Source: Camelus dromedarius (Eukaryota). From it: DNA of 64,000 nt. The first letter of the stretch is position 1. Every line of letters begins with the position of its first letter. The translations under genes were made by a program, and so were the position numbers. Of the stretch, positions 39,684 to 52,004 are shown piece after piece. The DNA lies in assembly GCF_036321535.1 (NCBI RefSeq), contig NC_087436.1, forward strand, positions 14,260,001 to 14,324,000, read 5' to 3'. The notes beneath the pieces were generated by a model, which had not been told where the DNA came from, made no database searches, and worked only from the letters and a program-made list of their open reading frames with translations.

Positions 39684-40624
39684 ATCTAAACTATCACCTT
39701 CTGTTACACTAAAACACAGAATTTTATTCTTAAATATATGAAGTAAAACGACTCCTATTTAAACTGTAAAATGAATTCAAGTATCTTTCAACCATCGCTT
39801 TTTCAAAAATATGAAAACTATCGTTTTAAAGTTATTTACAGTTGTACACATGTATCAAATGTCATTAAAAGGGATGTTTGATGCAAATGTCTCCAGAAAT
39901 AACCTATCATTTCTAGGACTGTGTTAGGCATATTACTTATTTTAATCCCATTTAAAATTAATATCCCCCACGAAAAGAAATAAGGTGCTCATTTATAGAG
40001 ATTACGAAAAAAAACTAGAAGAGATTAAATAAATATCAGGGTTACACTGTTAGAAATGGCATAGATGAACCCACATTATTTCCAAATCCATGGTACTCCC
40101 ACTAAAATACATTATATTTCAATTTCAAATGAGAGGCAGATCAAAATTAAACACACTCCAAGTTTCATTTTCCACTGAGTCAAGTATGTCACTTTAGAAA
40201 GTGAACAGCAAAGTCAGGAGAAGCCTACTTAGGAATTATGTATTAAGGACACACAGAAAAGAGATCAGACAATGCCAATTTTTTACAGGATAGTCTAGAG
40301 TTAATATTTTTTCTTATCACAAATAGAATGAAATAAAGTTTTTAATAAAGTTATATACTAAAATCATCAGACACACCCTTGTTCTGGTCATATAAGAAAA
40401 TCACTGACAGTAACATCAAAGTCTAAATGCTTTACTAGTCTAGAGCTTTATCTTGAAAAATCACGAGCATGACACACCTCGTCATCCCTACATAGTAACA
40501 TGAGATTCTTGGCATTTCAGCCAATGTAAGAAAATACTCCTATATTAAATTCTATTTCTTTCATCTCAATATTTAAGGAGCGTATCATGATTCTCTGTAT
40601 TAAGAGAGAGAAAAGTGTTCTTAC

Positions 40625-40717
40625 CCTATTAAAGCCATGTTCATGAGAGTCATCAACTTCTCCATTGCTAGTCACTGGAATTTCTGCTGCTGAATTTTTT
40701 GGAGATTCTTGAGCCAT
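40625..40717 (-). CDS. ARFIP1: Arfaptin-1, first coding exon (exon spans 40625-40726 including 9 nt of 5'UTR); MAQESPKNSAAEIPVTSNGEVDDSHEHGFNR
   Basis: Matches the arfaptin-1 N-terminus as I recall it. Acceptor ttttttttAG at 40728-40727, Kozak ACCATGG, donor AGG|GTAAGA. 93 nt, phase 0. Confidence 0.97.
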
Positions 40718-42884
40718 GGTAGACTCCTAAAAAAAAGGAGGTAAGAAACAGTTATAAATAACACCAAATCATAGAAGGCAAATATTCAAAAGACTATATT
40801 CATATTTATAGCACTTAAAAGCCACTTTTATAGCCCCTTTTTAAATAATTATAACATACCTATCCTTATATAATAATCATCATACTGAAATAATACAAAA
40901 TACAACTGGCTTTTAAAATTGCATTCAACTTAGATTTCTTGATCTTGCTGTAGATACCAGGGGGTAATATCCTTACCTTATAAATGGTGCAAATGACACA
41001 GAAATCAAAAATGCAAATAATGTCTGAGTATTATTAAAAACAGTTTTGACCTTGTAGATTGCCAGAAAGATTCTTGGACCTACAGACCACACTTTAAAAA
41101 ACAAAATTTAACCAGTATTTAGTGAAACTTGTTATGTGCAAGGGATTCTATTAGATTCTATAGAATATAAAAAACAAATAATGTGTGTCACTGATCTGGC
41201 GGAAGGTACCACTGATTCAGTTTGGGAGGCTGACTGTACTCTTCAGTAAGTATCTGCCTCTCTTTCTTTAGGATCCTCTAAAACCAAATTCTTTGGAATG
41301 GTTACAGATTGTATAAATCCTAGGGTCTTCCTGGGCTAGATTTCTATTTCTTGGCAATTGTAGAAATGTTCTGCTTCTCACAGAATCTCATATATACAAC
41401 ACTTCTACTTCTTATACAAACTTCTTTTTCTTTACCACGACAAATTTTATACATAATAAAGTTTCTATTTTCTGACACAAAAATGAATAGACCATCTCTA
41501 TATCTTTGTATTCCCAGGGCAACAGAATGAAGATCTAAGTAAATAAATAAATACTTTTCCTTTTAGTAAAGTCAGGGCCTTTAAGGACAGAGACAGCCCG
41601 AGCCATCTCTTTATCATTGGAAATTAGCCCAGGGTTTGGCAAACAAGAATTTCTCAATGAATGTCTACTGACTGGAAAGGATATGAGCTAAAACAAAAGT
41701 CCGATCTGTAGTTACGAAGGTGTTAAAATGACCATTATACATTTGTGCTCCACATTCACTCTCTCCCTTGTCCCACCCATGGAGCATGTGATAACACATT
41801 CATTTCTTCTCATGGGTATCATTGCAGTAAAACAAACCAAGGGGAAATATCTGAAACAGCCAAAAAAAAAGTGAATTATCAAGTACCTCAAAAATCAGTG
41901 TACTTGAATTATTTGGAAACAGTTTTGAGAAAAGACTAAAATGTCAAATTGAAATCCTAATTGGTTAAGCCAATGAAAAAAGAACTTTCAGAATAATGCA
42001 AAATTCTGCTATTATTACTTACAACATTTCCCAGAAAATTTACTTATTTCCTTGTATTCCTCAATATCTTATTTAAAAAGTCGTAGTTCAGAGTTCCTCT
42101 TACCACAAGCCTGAAACTAGTGAGGAAATTAATACAGTTAACATTCCATGTAAACCTTGAAAACTAAAAAAAGAAAAAATTTCAGACAGAAGACTTAAAA
42201 AATTCAAGAAAGGAAAACAAAAACTCCTCTGCTTTAGTCTGGATTCTGGGGAAAGAGTCTCTGAAATGAAGTTTGCATGCAGAAAACTTTCTGTGGAGTT
42301 AGTTCTCCACTAAAATGAGTGGAGACAATACTTCAAGGACACAGAGACTTTGAGACACAGAATAAAACTGCCGAGCGGTGTCGAACAGAGCAGGCGAATG
42401 GAGTACCATTCTAAACAACTGCTTATCTATCGGTTCCACTAATCGGATCGTGTATCACTCTGAGCTAATGAATATCAAAGTAACGCCACAGCATCCAAGA
42501 CTATCCCATTACCTGATTTATTTTGTGCAGAATAATGACATTCCAAGAAGAAATAAAACTGTAAAGAGGTTGAAAATTGAAAATAAGAAAAGCAATTGTT
42601 TTTTGAAAACAATTCCAATTATATTGGAAAAACAGATTAATGATGAACATATACACTGTTAATGCATTACACTACAGTGAAGTGTGAATTTGGGCCCGCA
42701 GGAAACACACCTGATCCACAGTGGGCAATCAATGTGTTAATCAGAGGTGATATTTAAGATGTATCTTATAGGATGACAGATGGGAACAGTTGAGGGATTC
42801 TAAATAGAAGGAAAAAAAGCACAGCAGAAAAAGAGTCTAGTATATTCTAGAAGCTGCAAGTAAAGCGACTTGGCTAGAACGGTG

Positions 42885-43350
42885 ATTATTCATTCATATA
42901 TTCATCGTTCAACTAATTTATTGAACTCTCTAATGCACAAGGCGTAATTTCAGACACACAGGATAGAGCAGTGAACAAAACAGACAAAACTCCCTACCCT
43001 CACAGAACTTACATCTTAGCTGGGGAAAACAAACTGATAAATACACACATCATACAGTTGTGAGTGCTAATGGGCACATGTATCTACACGTGTTCATAAA
43101 TGTGCTGTTTTAAAGAGAGTGATCAGAGAAAACCTCTGAAGAGATACAGTATTTTTGTGAGACCTGAATAAAGTGAGGGAGTGAGCCATAAAGATACCTG
43201 GGAGTACAGCATTCCAGGCAGAGGGAATAGTAAATACAAAGATGAGGAGATGGGAACATGCTCAGCTTTTCGAGGAATGCCAAGACGACCATGCAGCTTG
43301 AGAGAAGAGCCAGAGGAAAACAGAAGAAAATGTCAGAGAGGCAGCCAGTG
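42885..43350 (-). mobile_element. L2 3' fragment
   Basis: ttcattcat...tttattgaac...gcagtgaacaaaacagacaaaactccctaccctc...cattccaggcagagggaa. Confidence 0.85.
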
Positions 43351-43514
43351 GCAAGAACATGTGTGAAATGAGCAATACAAGCAAATTTCCATCTCCTTGG
43401 ATTTTAGCCTAAAACTAAGTCCTACCCATACTGCGCACCCAGTAGTTGTGACAGCACACAGGAGAAAACTAGTCTTTTTGAGTTGGAGAAGAGTTAGGCT
43501 AATAAAATTAATGG

Positions 43515-45668
43515 GAATGACACTCTCATCACTTCTATTCAACACAGTACTGGAAATCTAGCCATAGCAGTCAGAAAAGAAAAAGAAATAAAAGGGATCC
43601 AAATTGGAATGGAAGAGGTAAAAATGTCACTATATGCAGATGACATGATACTATATATGGAAAATCCTAAAGACTCCACACAAAAACTACTAGAGCTGAT
43701 AAATGAATTCAGCAAAACAGCAGGTTACAAGATTAACATACAGAATTCAGTTGCATTTCTTAACACTAACAATGAAATATCACAAAAGGAAAGTAAAAAA
43801 GAAAAAAAAAACTTTAAAAACTGCATCAAGAAACCAAATACTTAAGAATAAACCTGACTAAGGAGGTGAAAGACTTATACACTGAGAATGTAAAACATCG
43901 ATAAAGGAAATTAAAGATGATTTAAAGAAATGAAAAGCTATCCCATGCTCTTGGACTAAAAGATTTAATATTGTTAAAATGGCCATACTACCCAAAGCAA
44001 TCTACCAATTTAACGTGATCCCTATCAAATTACCCATGACATTTTTCACATAAAGAGAACAAATAATCCTAAAATTTACATGGACTCACAAAAGACTCAG
44101 AATTGCCAAAGCAATACTGAAGAAAAAGAATGAAGCTGGAGGCATAACCCACCAAGAATTCAGACAGTACTACAAAGTTACAGCAATTAAAACAGTATGG
44201 TATAGCACAAAAACACACATATGGATCAACGGATCAGAAAAGAGAGCTTAGAAATGAACCCACAGATTTATGGTCAATCTTCGACAAAGAAGGCAAGAAT
44301 ATGCAATGGAGAAAATACAGTTTCTTCAGCATGTGATGTCGGGAAAGCTGAACAGCCATGTATAAATTAATAAAGTTAGAACATTCCCTCACACTACCAC
44401 AAAAATAAACCCAAAATGGCTTAAAGACTTAAACATGAGACAGGACATCACAAATCTCCTAGAAGAGAACACAGGCAAAATATTCTGACATAAGTTGTAG
44501 CAACATTTTCCTAGGCCAGTCTACAAAGGCAATAGAAATAAAAGCAAAAATAAACAAATGGCACCTAATTAAACATAGGCTTTTGCACAGCAAAGGAAAC
44601 CATAAACAAAACAAAAAGACAACCTACGGACTGGGAGAAAATATTTGCAAATGACAAGGGTTTAACTTTCAGAATATACAAACAGCTCATACAACTCAGT
44701 ATCAAAAAACCAAACAATCCAATCACAAAATGGGCAGAAGATCTAAACAGACATTTCTCCACAGAAGACATACAGATGGCCAACAGGCACATGAAAAGAT
44801 GCACAGTATTGCTAATTATCAGAGAAATACAAATCAAAACTACAATAAAGTATCACCTCATACTGGTCAGAATGTCCATCATTAAAATGTCCACCATAAA
44901 TGCTGGAGAGGGTATGGAGAAAAAGGAACACTCCTACACTGTTAGTGGGAATGTAAATTGGTGTAGCCACTATGGAAAACAGTATAGAGATTCCTTAAAA
45001 AACTAAAAATAGACTTACCATATGACCCAGTAACCCCACTCCTGGACATGTATCTCCAATTAGAAAAGATACATGCACTGTCAATGTTTACAGCAACACT
45101 ATTTACAATAGCCAAGACATGGAAGCAACCTGAATGTCCACTGACAGATGACTGGATAAAGAAGATGTGATAAACACACACACACAATGGAATACTACTC
45201 AGCCATAAAAAGAACAAAATAATGCCATTTGCAGCAACATAGATGGACCTAGAGATTATCATACTAAGTGAAGTAAGTCAGAGAAAAATAAATATCATGA
45301 TATCACTTATATGTGGAATCTAAAAAAAAGACACAAATGAACTTATTTATAAAACAGAAACAGACTCACAGATACAGAAAACAAACTATGGTTACCAAAG
45401 GAGAAAGGGTGGGGCAGCAAGGGATAAACTGGGAGTTTGGAATTAGCAGATACAAACTAGTATATACAGAATAGATGAACAATAAGGCCCTACTGTATAG
45501 CACAGGGAACTATATTCAATATCTTATAATAACCTATAATGAAAAAAATATGAAAAAGACCGTGTATATATATGTGTGTAACTGAATCACTACGCTGTAT
45601 CCTAGAAACTAACACAACATTGTAAACCAATTATACTTCAATTAAAAAAAAAGAAAAAAAGAAGAAGC
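43515..45668 (+). mobile_element. 5'-truncated L1 (RT domain to poly(A))
   Basis: ORF piece [35 protein letters not shown] contains the RT YADD motif. 3'UTR and A tail at about 45644-45668. Possible decayed TSD (aatgggaatg / aaagggaatg). Confidence 0.95.
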
Positions 45669-45689
45669 AATAAAGGGAATGGAGGAATC

Positions 45690-48259
45690 CTAACAAGGAA
45701 AGATCCAGAAAGAGGATCCTCACACTCTTTTTACTCTTATCTAACCCCTAAATGCACCTGCACAGAACAGACTCCACTGAATGCAGCTAATGACAAAAGA
45801 TCTGAATTGAGACCAGAGCTGCCATCCAACAAACAATATCTCTAATGTAAGTCCAGCCAAGAAAATTATCAGCCAAAACAAAGGAAGCAATATTCTTTCG
45901 AGAAAAATAACAGAATCTAAGACTTCCACATCTCAAGTTCAAAATGCAATCTAAAATTACCAGACATATGATGAACCAAGAAGATAAAACATATTTCCAA
46001 GGGAAAAGAAAATCCATCTAATCTGAGATGAACCAGAGATTGGAAGAAACAGATATGGATTTTAAAAACACCTTCAATTAAGTAAAGCAAAATATTTTTA
46101 ATGAATCAAATCTCAGTGAAAAAATAGAAAATCTCAGCACAGAAAAAGAAACAGTAAAAATGAGGCAAATGGACTCTAGAACTGAAAACTATAATTTTTC
46201 AAAGAAAAAAAATCACTGGATGGACTTAGCCAGAAAAAGATAACAGGGTAAAAAGTAAAACTAAATTAAATCAATATAAATTATCCAAGCTAAAGAACAA
46301 AGAGAAAAGAACACTGAAGAAAAAGAGCTTCAGAGACCTATAAGCCAATATTAACTATTCCAATTTATGTGTAATTAAAATACCAGAAGAAGGAGAGAGA
46401 AAAATTGTACAGAAAATGTATTTTAAGAATTAATGGCCAAACTTTTCCCAAACTTGATGAAGGACAAAAATTTATAGATTTAAGATGCTTAATGAACATG
46501 ATGCAGAATAAACACCAAATCCATGCCAAGGGACATCACACAGTCAAATTATTTAAAACCGAAGATAAAGAGCTAACTTCTAGAGCAGCAAGAGAAAAAC
46601 AATATATTACTATCAGGAAACGACAATCCAACTAATGGCTGATTTCTTATCAGATACTATAAAGGCCAGAAGAGAGTGGAACATTGCAGAAAAAAGAAGA
46701 AAACCATCTACCCAGCATTCCATATCCAGTGAAAATACCTTTGAAGAACTAGAAAAGAATATTAAGGGTATTTTCAGATAAAACTAAAAGAACTCATCAC
46801 CAGCAGACCTGTACCCCAAGAAATGCTAAAGGAAGTTCTTCAGGCTGAAAGGAAATAAAACCAGATAGGAACATGGATATTCAGAAAAGAATGAGAAGGA
46901 AATAAAATATTAACTACTTGGGTAAATGCAAAAGACCACTCTTTTTCTTTTTGCCTCTTCCTCAGTTTCTTTATAAACCACACAACTGCTTGAAGCAAAT
47001 GTTATAACATCATTTCTGTGGTTTATAATGTATCTAAATGTAATATATATAAAATACCTATATCAAAGAACAAGGTGGGAGGGTAAGGATATATGGCCTT
47101 AAAAGGTTGCTAAATTTTTGTCTTAAGTGCAGCAGTGTGTTAGTAATTGTCAGTGAAACATGAAGTTTAAGATATATACTATAACTGTTACAGCAACCAC
47201 TAAAAGTATAATGCAAAGTAAAGCTAAAAAATTATCAGGAAAATGAATATGGCATTCTTTAACATATTCAAATAATAAGAAGGCAGTAAAAGAAGAGGAG
47301 AAGGAAAACATAGAAAAGTAAAAAACAAAGAAACTAAAGGGGTGGATACAAAATCAACCATATCAATAACTGCATTAAATACTATTGGAGTAAGCATTTC
47401 AGTTAAAAGGCAGAGACAGTCAGAATGTATTTTTTTTAATGACCATACTATATGCCATATAAGTGAGATGCACTTTAATAACAAAGATATAAATAGACTG
47501 AAAATAAATGGATTAAGAAAGGTAAACTATGCAAAGAGCAGCTGTAAGAACGTCGGCATGGCTTTATTAATACCTGATGAAAGTTTTTAATAAACTATTA
47601 CCAGAGATAATTACCAGGGACGTTTCATAATGATAAAATGATCAATTCATCAGGAATATGTAACAATCATAAATGTGTATGTTGGTCCCAATAACAGAGC
47701 TTCAAAACAAATGAAACAAACACTTACAGAATTAAAAGGAGAAATAGAGAAGTCCACATTCATACTTGGAGACTTTGCCACAAAGCTCAGTGCAATTGAA
47801 AGAACAACTAGACAAAGAAAACTGGCAGAGACACAGAAGTTCTGAACCCTATCAGCCACTTTCGTCTGATATTTACAGAACAATAAACTTAATAATGGCA
47901 GAATACACATTACTTTCATATGAACATGACATGTTTAGCAAAACAGATCATATCATGGGCTCAACAAAACTCAATAAATTTTAAAAAATGCAACCACAGA
48001 GTATGTTATCTGACCACAGTGGAATTTAATTACAATTAATCACAAGAAGATATGCAGAACCTCCTCTCACCCCATTTAGAAACTGAACAACACATCTAAA
48101 TAATTAATGGAAAAAAGAAAAAAATCACTAGGAAGAAAATATTTTGAACTGAATGATAATGAAAATACAATGTATCGATATTTGTGGGATGCACCCAAAA
48201 TGCTTAGAAAAGAAACTTATAACTTTAAATGCTTGTATTCAAATAGAAGAAAGATCTTA
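45690..48259 (+). mobile_element. Old L1 host element (degraded ORF1 and ORF2 endonuclease region); continues at 51262-51312 and 53696-54210
   Basis: ORF1-like SRAAREKQYIT and EN-like ISITALNTIGVSISVKRQR and HDMFSKTDHIMG. The sequence reads continuously when the two TSD-bounded inserts are removed. Confidence 0.85.
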
Positions 48260-51251
48260 GAGAAGCAAAATGGCGGAGTAGAAGGATGCTTGTAGCTCAC
48301 CCTCTCCCACAAATACACACCAAAACTCACATCTATGGACATACTCAGCCAACCAAGAGCACCTGCCAAACTCCGACAGAACATCGCCCTCTTCAAAACA
48401 CAAAGATGCCAAAAATCTGGTAGGAGAAAAGGAAAAAAGAAAGAAGAAAAAGCAAAACAGTGCAGGACCAATCCTGCAGGGAGGGAGCGGCAAAGGAGGA
48501 CTGGCGCGCGTTCACTGGGTCTCCCCTCTCCAATGGAGAGGCCAGCGGGACGGAGGGGGAGGCTTCGAGGCTCAGATCTGCCTCGAGCACCCCTTGACCG
48601 ACAGAACTGAGTTAAATGGGCACAAAGGGTCCCCACAACACCCAGCCCAAGATGTGAGCTGACAGCTGGGGGCCAGGACAGGCTGCCCAAGTTGGGCAGA
48701 GGACTGGGGCAGCTGCACTGAGGCAGCCCTGGGCAACTGCAGGGTGCTGCGCACCATGGCTGGGAGGGGATATGGAGCAGAACCACCTCGGTCCCCTATA
48801 AACTGCGAAAAAAGCAAAGCAACATGGCTGCTGTGCCCTGGGGGAAGGGGCGCCATAGCCTTTGTCTCCTCAGACCTGCGCCGCCATGACTGGCGCTTCT
48901 TGAGAGAAGAGAGGTGGGGCGCAGCCACAGCCGCCATCTCCTCCTATGCGCAGTGCCCAGGCAGGGGAGGGGCCAAGACCTGAATCCACACCCAGGGGCT
49001 CCGCAACCTCCTAGGCAGGACTGAGACTTGTTTACAGCCTGAGGCAGATAGGATCTTTCTGCGCTGGCACCTCAGAGAACTCACACCACCAAGACAAACA
49101 AGGTGCTGAGATTCGGTAAGGAGCAGGAGCAGGGCTGTTTCGCGGTCTTCCCCGAGGCCTCCTCAGAGCACCGACCCCGAGGAACATAGCACCTGACCAC
49201 GATGCTGGGAGGGGACGAGATCTGCCCACCTGCCTCGCCAGAGCTTAGCATCTGACTGCAGCATCGGGAGGGGGAGTGACCCACCCGCCCACCAGGTAAG
49301 AGCTCAGCACCTGACCCAGTGTTGGGAGGGGGCACGATCTGCTAGCCGACAGCCACTGGGAGCAGCACAGACGAGGGCGCCAACAGAGGGCCTCTGGAAA
49401 CAGCAAGCTGAGTTCGCAAAACAGGGTGAAGACACAAAGACCTCTTGAAAAAATCATTAAGAGCACACCGTCTCCAGAACTAGATAACTGATACTCCTTA
49501 AGTCGTAGTGCCAGAGAGATATGAGCAATAAGAAGCAGAGGAACCACTCCCAATTAAAAGATCAAGAGAAATCCCCTAACAGCACAATCAAGGAAATAGA
49601 CATTGATGGCCTACTAGATCAAGATTTCAAAAAAGGAGTAATCAAAGTACTGAAGGAACTAAAAGAGTTTTGAGATATAAAATATGTCAAAAATGAAACA
49701 GAAGCTATAAAGAAGAACCAAGTAGAATTAGTAAACTCATTTGCTGAGATGAGAGCTGACCTAAAAGCTATACAAAGCAGACTAGATAATGCAGAGGAAC
49801 GAATAAGTGACCTAGAAGACAGGACAACAGAAAGCACCTAATCAGAACAGCTGAGAGAAAAACAAATGAAAAACAATGAAAACAATATAAGGGACCTATG
49901 GGATAATATAAAGCGTGCCAATCTATGCATAATAGGGGTTCCAGAAAGGGAAGAAAGAACAAAGGGGATTGAAAAGGTATTGGAAGAAATCATGAATGAA
50001 AACTTCCCAAACCTAAAGGAATCAGAAATCCACTACAGGAGGCTCAGAGGGTCCCAAACAGGAAGAACTCAAATACACCCACACTAAGACATATCATAAT
50101 CAAGATGGCCAGAGTCAAGGATAAAGAAATGATTCCAAAGGCAGCAAGAGAAAAGCAAAGAATGAGTTACAAGGGAACCCCAATAAGGTTTTCAGCTGAT
50201 TTTTCTACACAAACACTACAGGCCAGAAGGGAGTGGCAAGATATATTCAAAGTCCTGAATGAAAAAAAGATGCAGCCTAGGATACTCTATCCAGCAAGGC
50301 TATCCTTTAGAATAGAAGGAGAGACAAAAAAACTTCACAGACAAGCAAAAACTAAAAGAGTTTAGCAACACTAAACCCATGCTAAAAGAAATATTGACAG
50401 GTCTACTCTAAGTAGAAAAGCAGCAGGATGCTACAAAAATGAGAAACTCATAACTGGAAAGGAGATAACTGCCATGAATTACAAAAAGAATAAAGACAAA
50501 ATTGTAAAAGAAGACATCTAAATCATTAAGAGTGAGAGAGGGAAGCAAGGAAAGCCACTGTTGAAAACAGTATGGAGATTCCTCAAAAGACTAGGAATAG
50601 ACTTACCATATGACCCAGGAATCCCGCTCCTGGGCATATATCCAGAAGGAACCCTACTGCAAAAAGACACCTGCACCCCAATGTTCACAGCAGCACTATT
50701 TACAATATTCAAGACATGGAAACAGCCTATATGTCCATCAACAGATGACTGAATAAAGAAGCTGTGGTATATTTATACGATGGAATACTATTCAACCACA
50801 AAAACCGACAACATAACACCATTTGCCGCAACATGAATGTTCCTGCAGAATGTCATTCTAAGTGAAGTAAGCCAGAAAGAGAAAGAAAAATACCATATGA
50901 GATTGCTTATATGAGGCATCTAGAAAAAAAAAAACAAAAAAACAAACAAAAAAACAAATACAAAACAGAAACAGACTCATAGACATAGAATACAAACTTG
51001 TGGTTGCCAAGCGGGCAGGGGGTGGTAAGGGACAGACTGGGATTTTAAAATGAAGAATAGATAAACAAGATTATACTGTAGAGCACAGGGAAATATATAC
51101 AAGATCTTGTGGTAGCTCATAGCGAAAAAAAAAAATGTGACAATGAATATATATATGTTCATGTATAACTGAAAAATTGTGCTCTACATTAGAATTTGAC
51201 ACAACATTGTAAAACGACTATTATTCAATAAAAAAAGTAAAAAAAAAAAAA
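48260..51251 (+). mobile_element. Young 3-kb L1 derivative: 5'UTR, ORF1, short spacer, ORF2 extreme C-terminus, 3'UTR and poly(A)
   Basis: 5' start ...AAAATGGCGGAGTAGAAGG; ORF1 ATG at 49521 to TAA at 50411 (disrupted); junction to the ORF2 end at about 50553; poly(A) about 51228-51254; TSD AAAGATCTTA at 48250-48259 and 51252-51261. Confidence 0.93.
49521..50411 (+). pseudogene. Disrupted L1 ORF1
   Basis: Fragments NIRDLWDNIKRANLCIIGVPE and KAAREKQRMSYKGTPIRFSADFSTQTLQARREWQDIFKVL lie in different frames. Confidence 0.9.
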
Positions 51252-51308
51252 AAAGATCTTAAACCGACAATCTAAGATTGCACCCTAAGAAAACAGAAAA
51301 CAAGCAAA

Positions 51309-52004
51309 TTAATCAGCTGAGAGCCTTATGGGGGTTCCCTTGTAACTTACTCTTTGCTTTTCTCTTGCTGCCTTTAGAATCATTTCTTTATCCTTGACTC
51401 TGGCCATCTTGATTATGATATGTCTTGGTGTGGGTCTATTTGGGTTCTTCCTGTTTGGGACCCTCTGAGCTTCCTGTACTTGGATATCTGATTCCTTCTT
51501 TAAGTTTGGGAAGTTTTCAGTCATGATTTCTTCAAAAACCTTTTCAATCCCCTTTGATCTTTCTTCTCCTTCTGGGACCCCTATTATGCGAAGATTGGGA
51601 CGCTTTATATTATCCCATAGATCCCTTATGCTATTTTCATTATTTTTTATTTGCTTCTCTTGTAGTTCTTCTGAATGGGTGCTTTCTATTGCCCTGTCTT
51701 CTAGATCACTAATTCGTTCCTCTGCATTATCTAGTCGGCTTTGCACAGCTATTCGATCATTCCTCATCTCTGTCAATGAGTTTACCCATTCTATTTGGCT
51801 CTTCTTTATAGCTTCAATTTCATTTTTGACATATTTTATATCTCTAAACACTATCTCTTTTAATTCCTTCAGCAATTCGATCACTCCTTTTTTGAAATCT
51901 TGGTCTAGTACGCTATCGATGTCTATTTTGTTGATCTTTCTTTCAGGGGATTTCTCTTGTTCTTTTAATTGGGAAAGGTTTTTATGCTTCTTCATCTTGC
52001 TCAT
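51309..52004 (-). CDS. Open, C-terminally truncated L1 ORF1p (231 aa); expression unknown
   Basis: Uninterrupted ORF with coiled coil, RRPNLRIIGVPE-type motif (KRPNLRIIGVPEGEE) and TPRHIIIK. The stop codon comes from the TSD. Confidence 0.6.
   Translation of the reverse strand: MSKMKKHKNLSQLKEQEKSPERKINKIDIDSVLDQDFKKGVIELLKELKEIVFRDIKYVKNEIEAIKKSQIEWVNSLTEMRNDRIAVQSRLDNAEERISDLEDRAIESTHSEELQEKQIKNNENSIRDLWDNIKRPNLRIIGVPEGEERSKGIEKVFEEIMTENFPNLKKESDIQVQEAQRVPNRKNPNRPTPRHIIIKMARVKDKEMILKAAREKQRVSYKGTPIRLSAD

Noticed and set aside
48217..49553. Cluster of 65-189 aa ORFs
   Set aside because: All lie in the GC-rich L1 5'UTR and are expected by composition.
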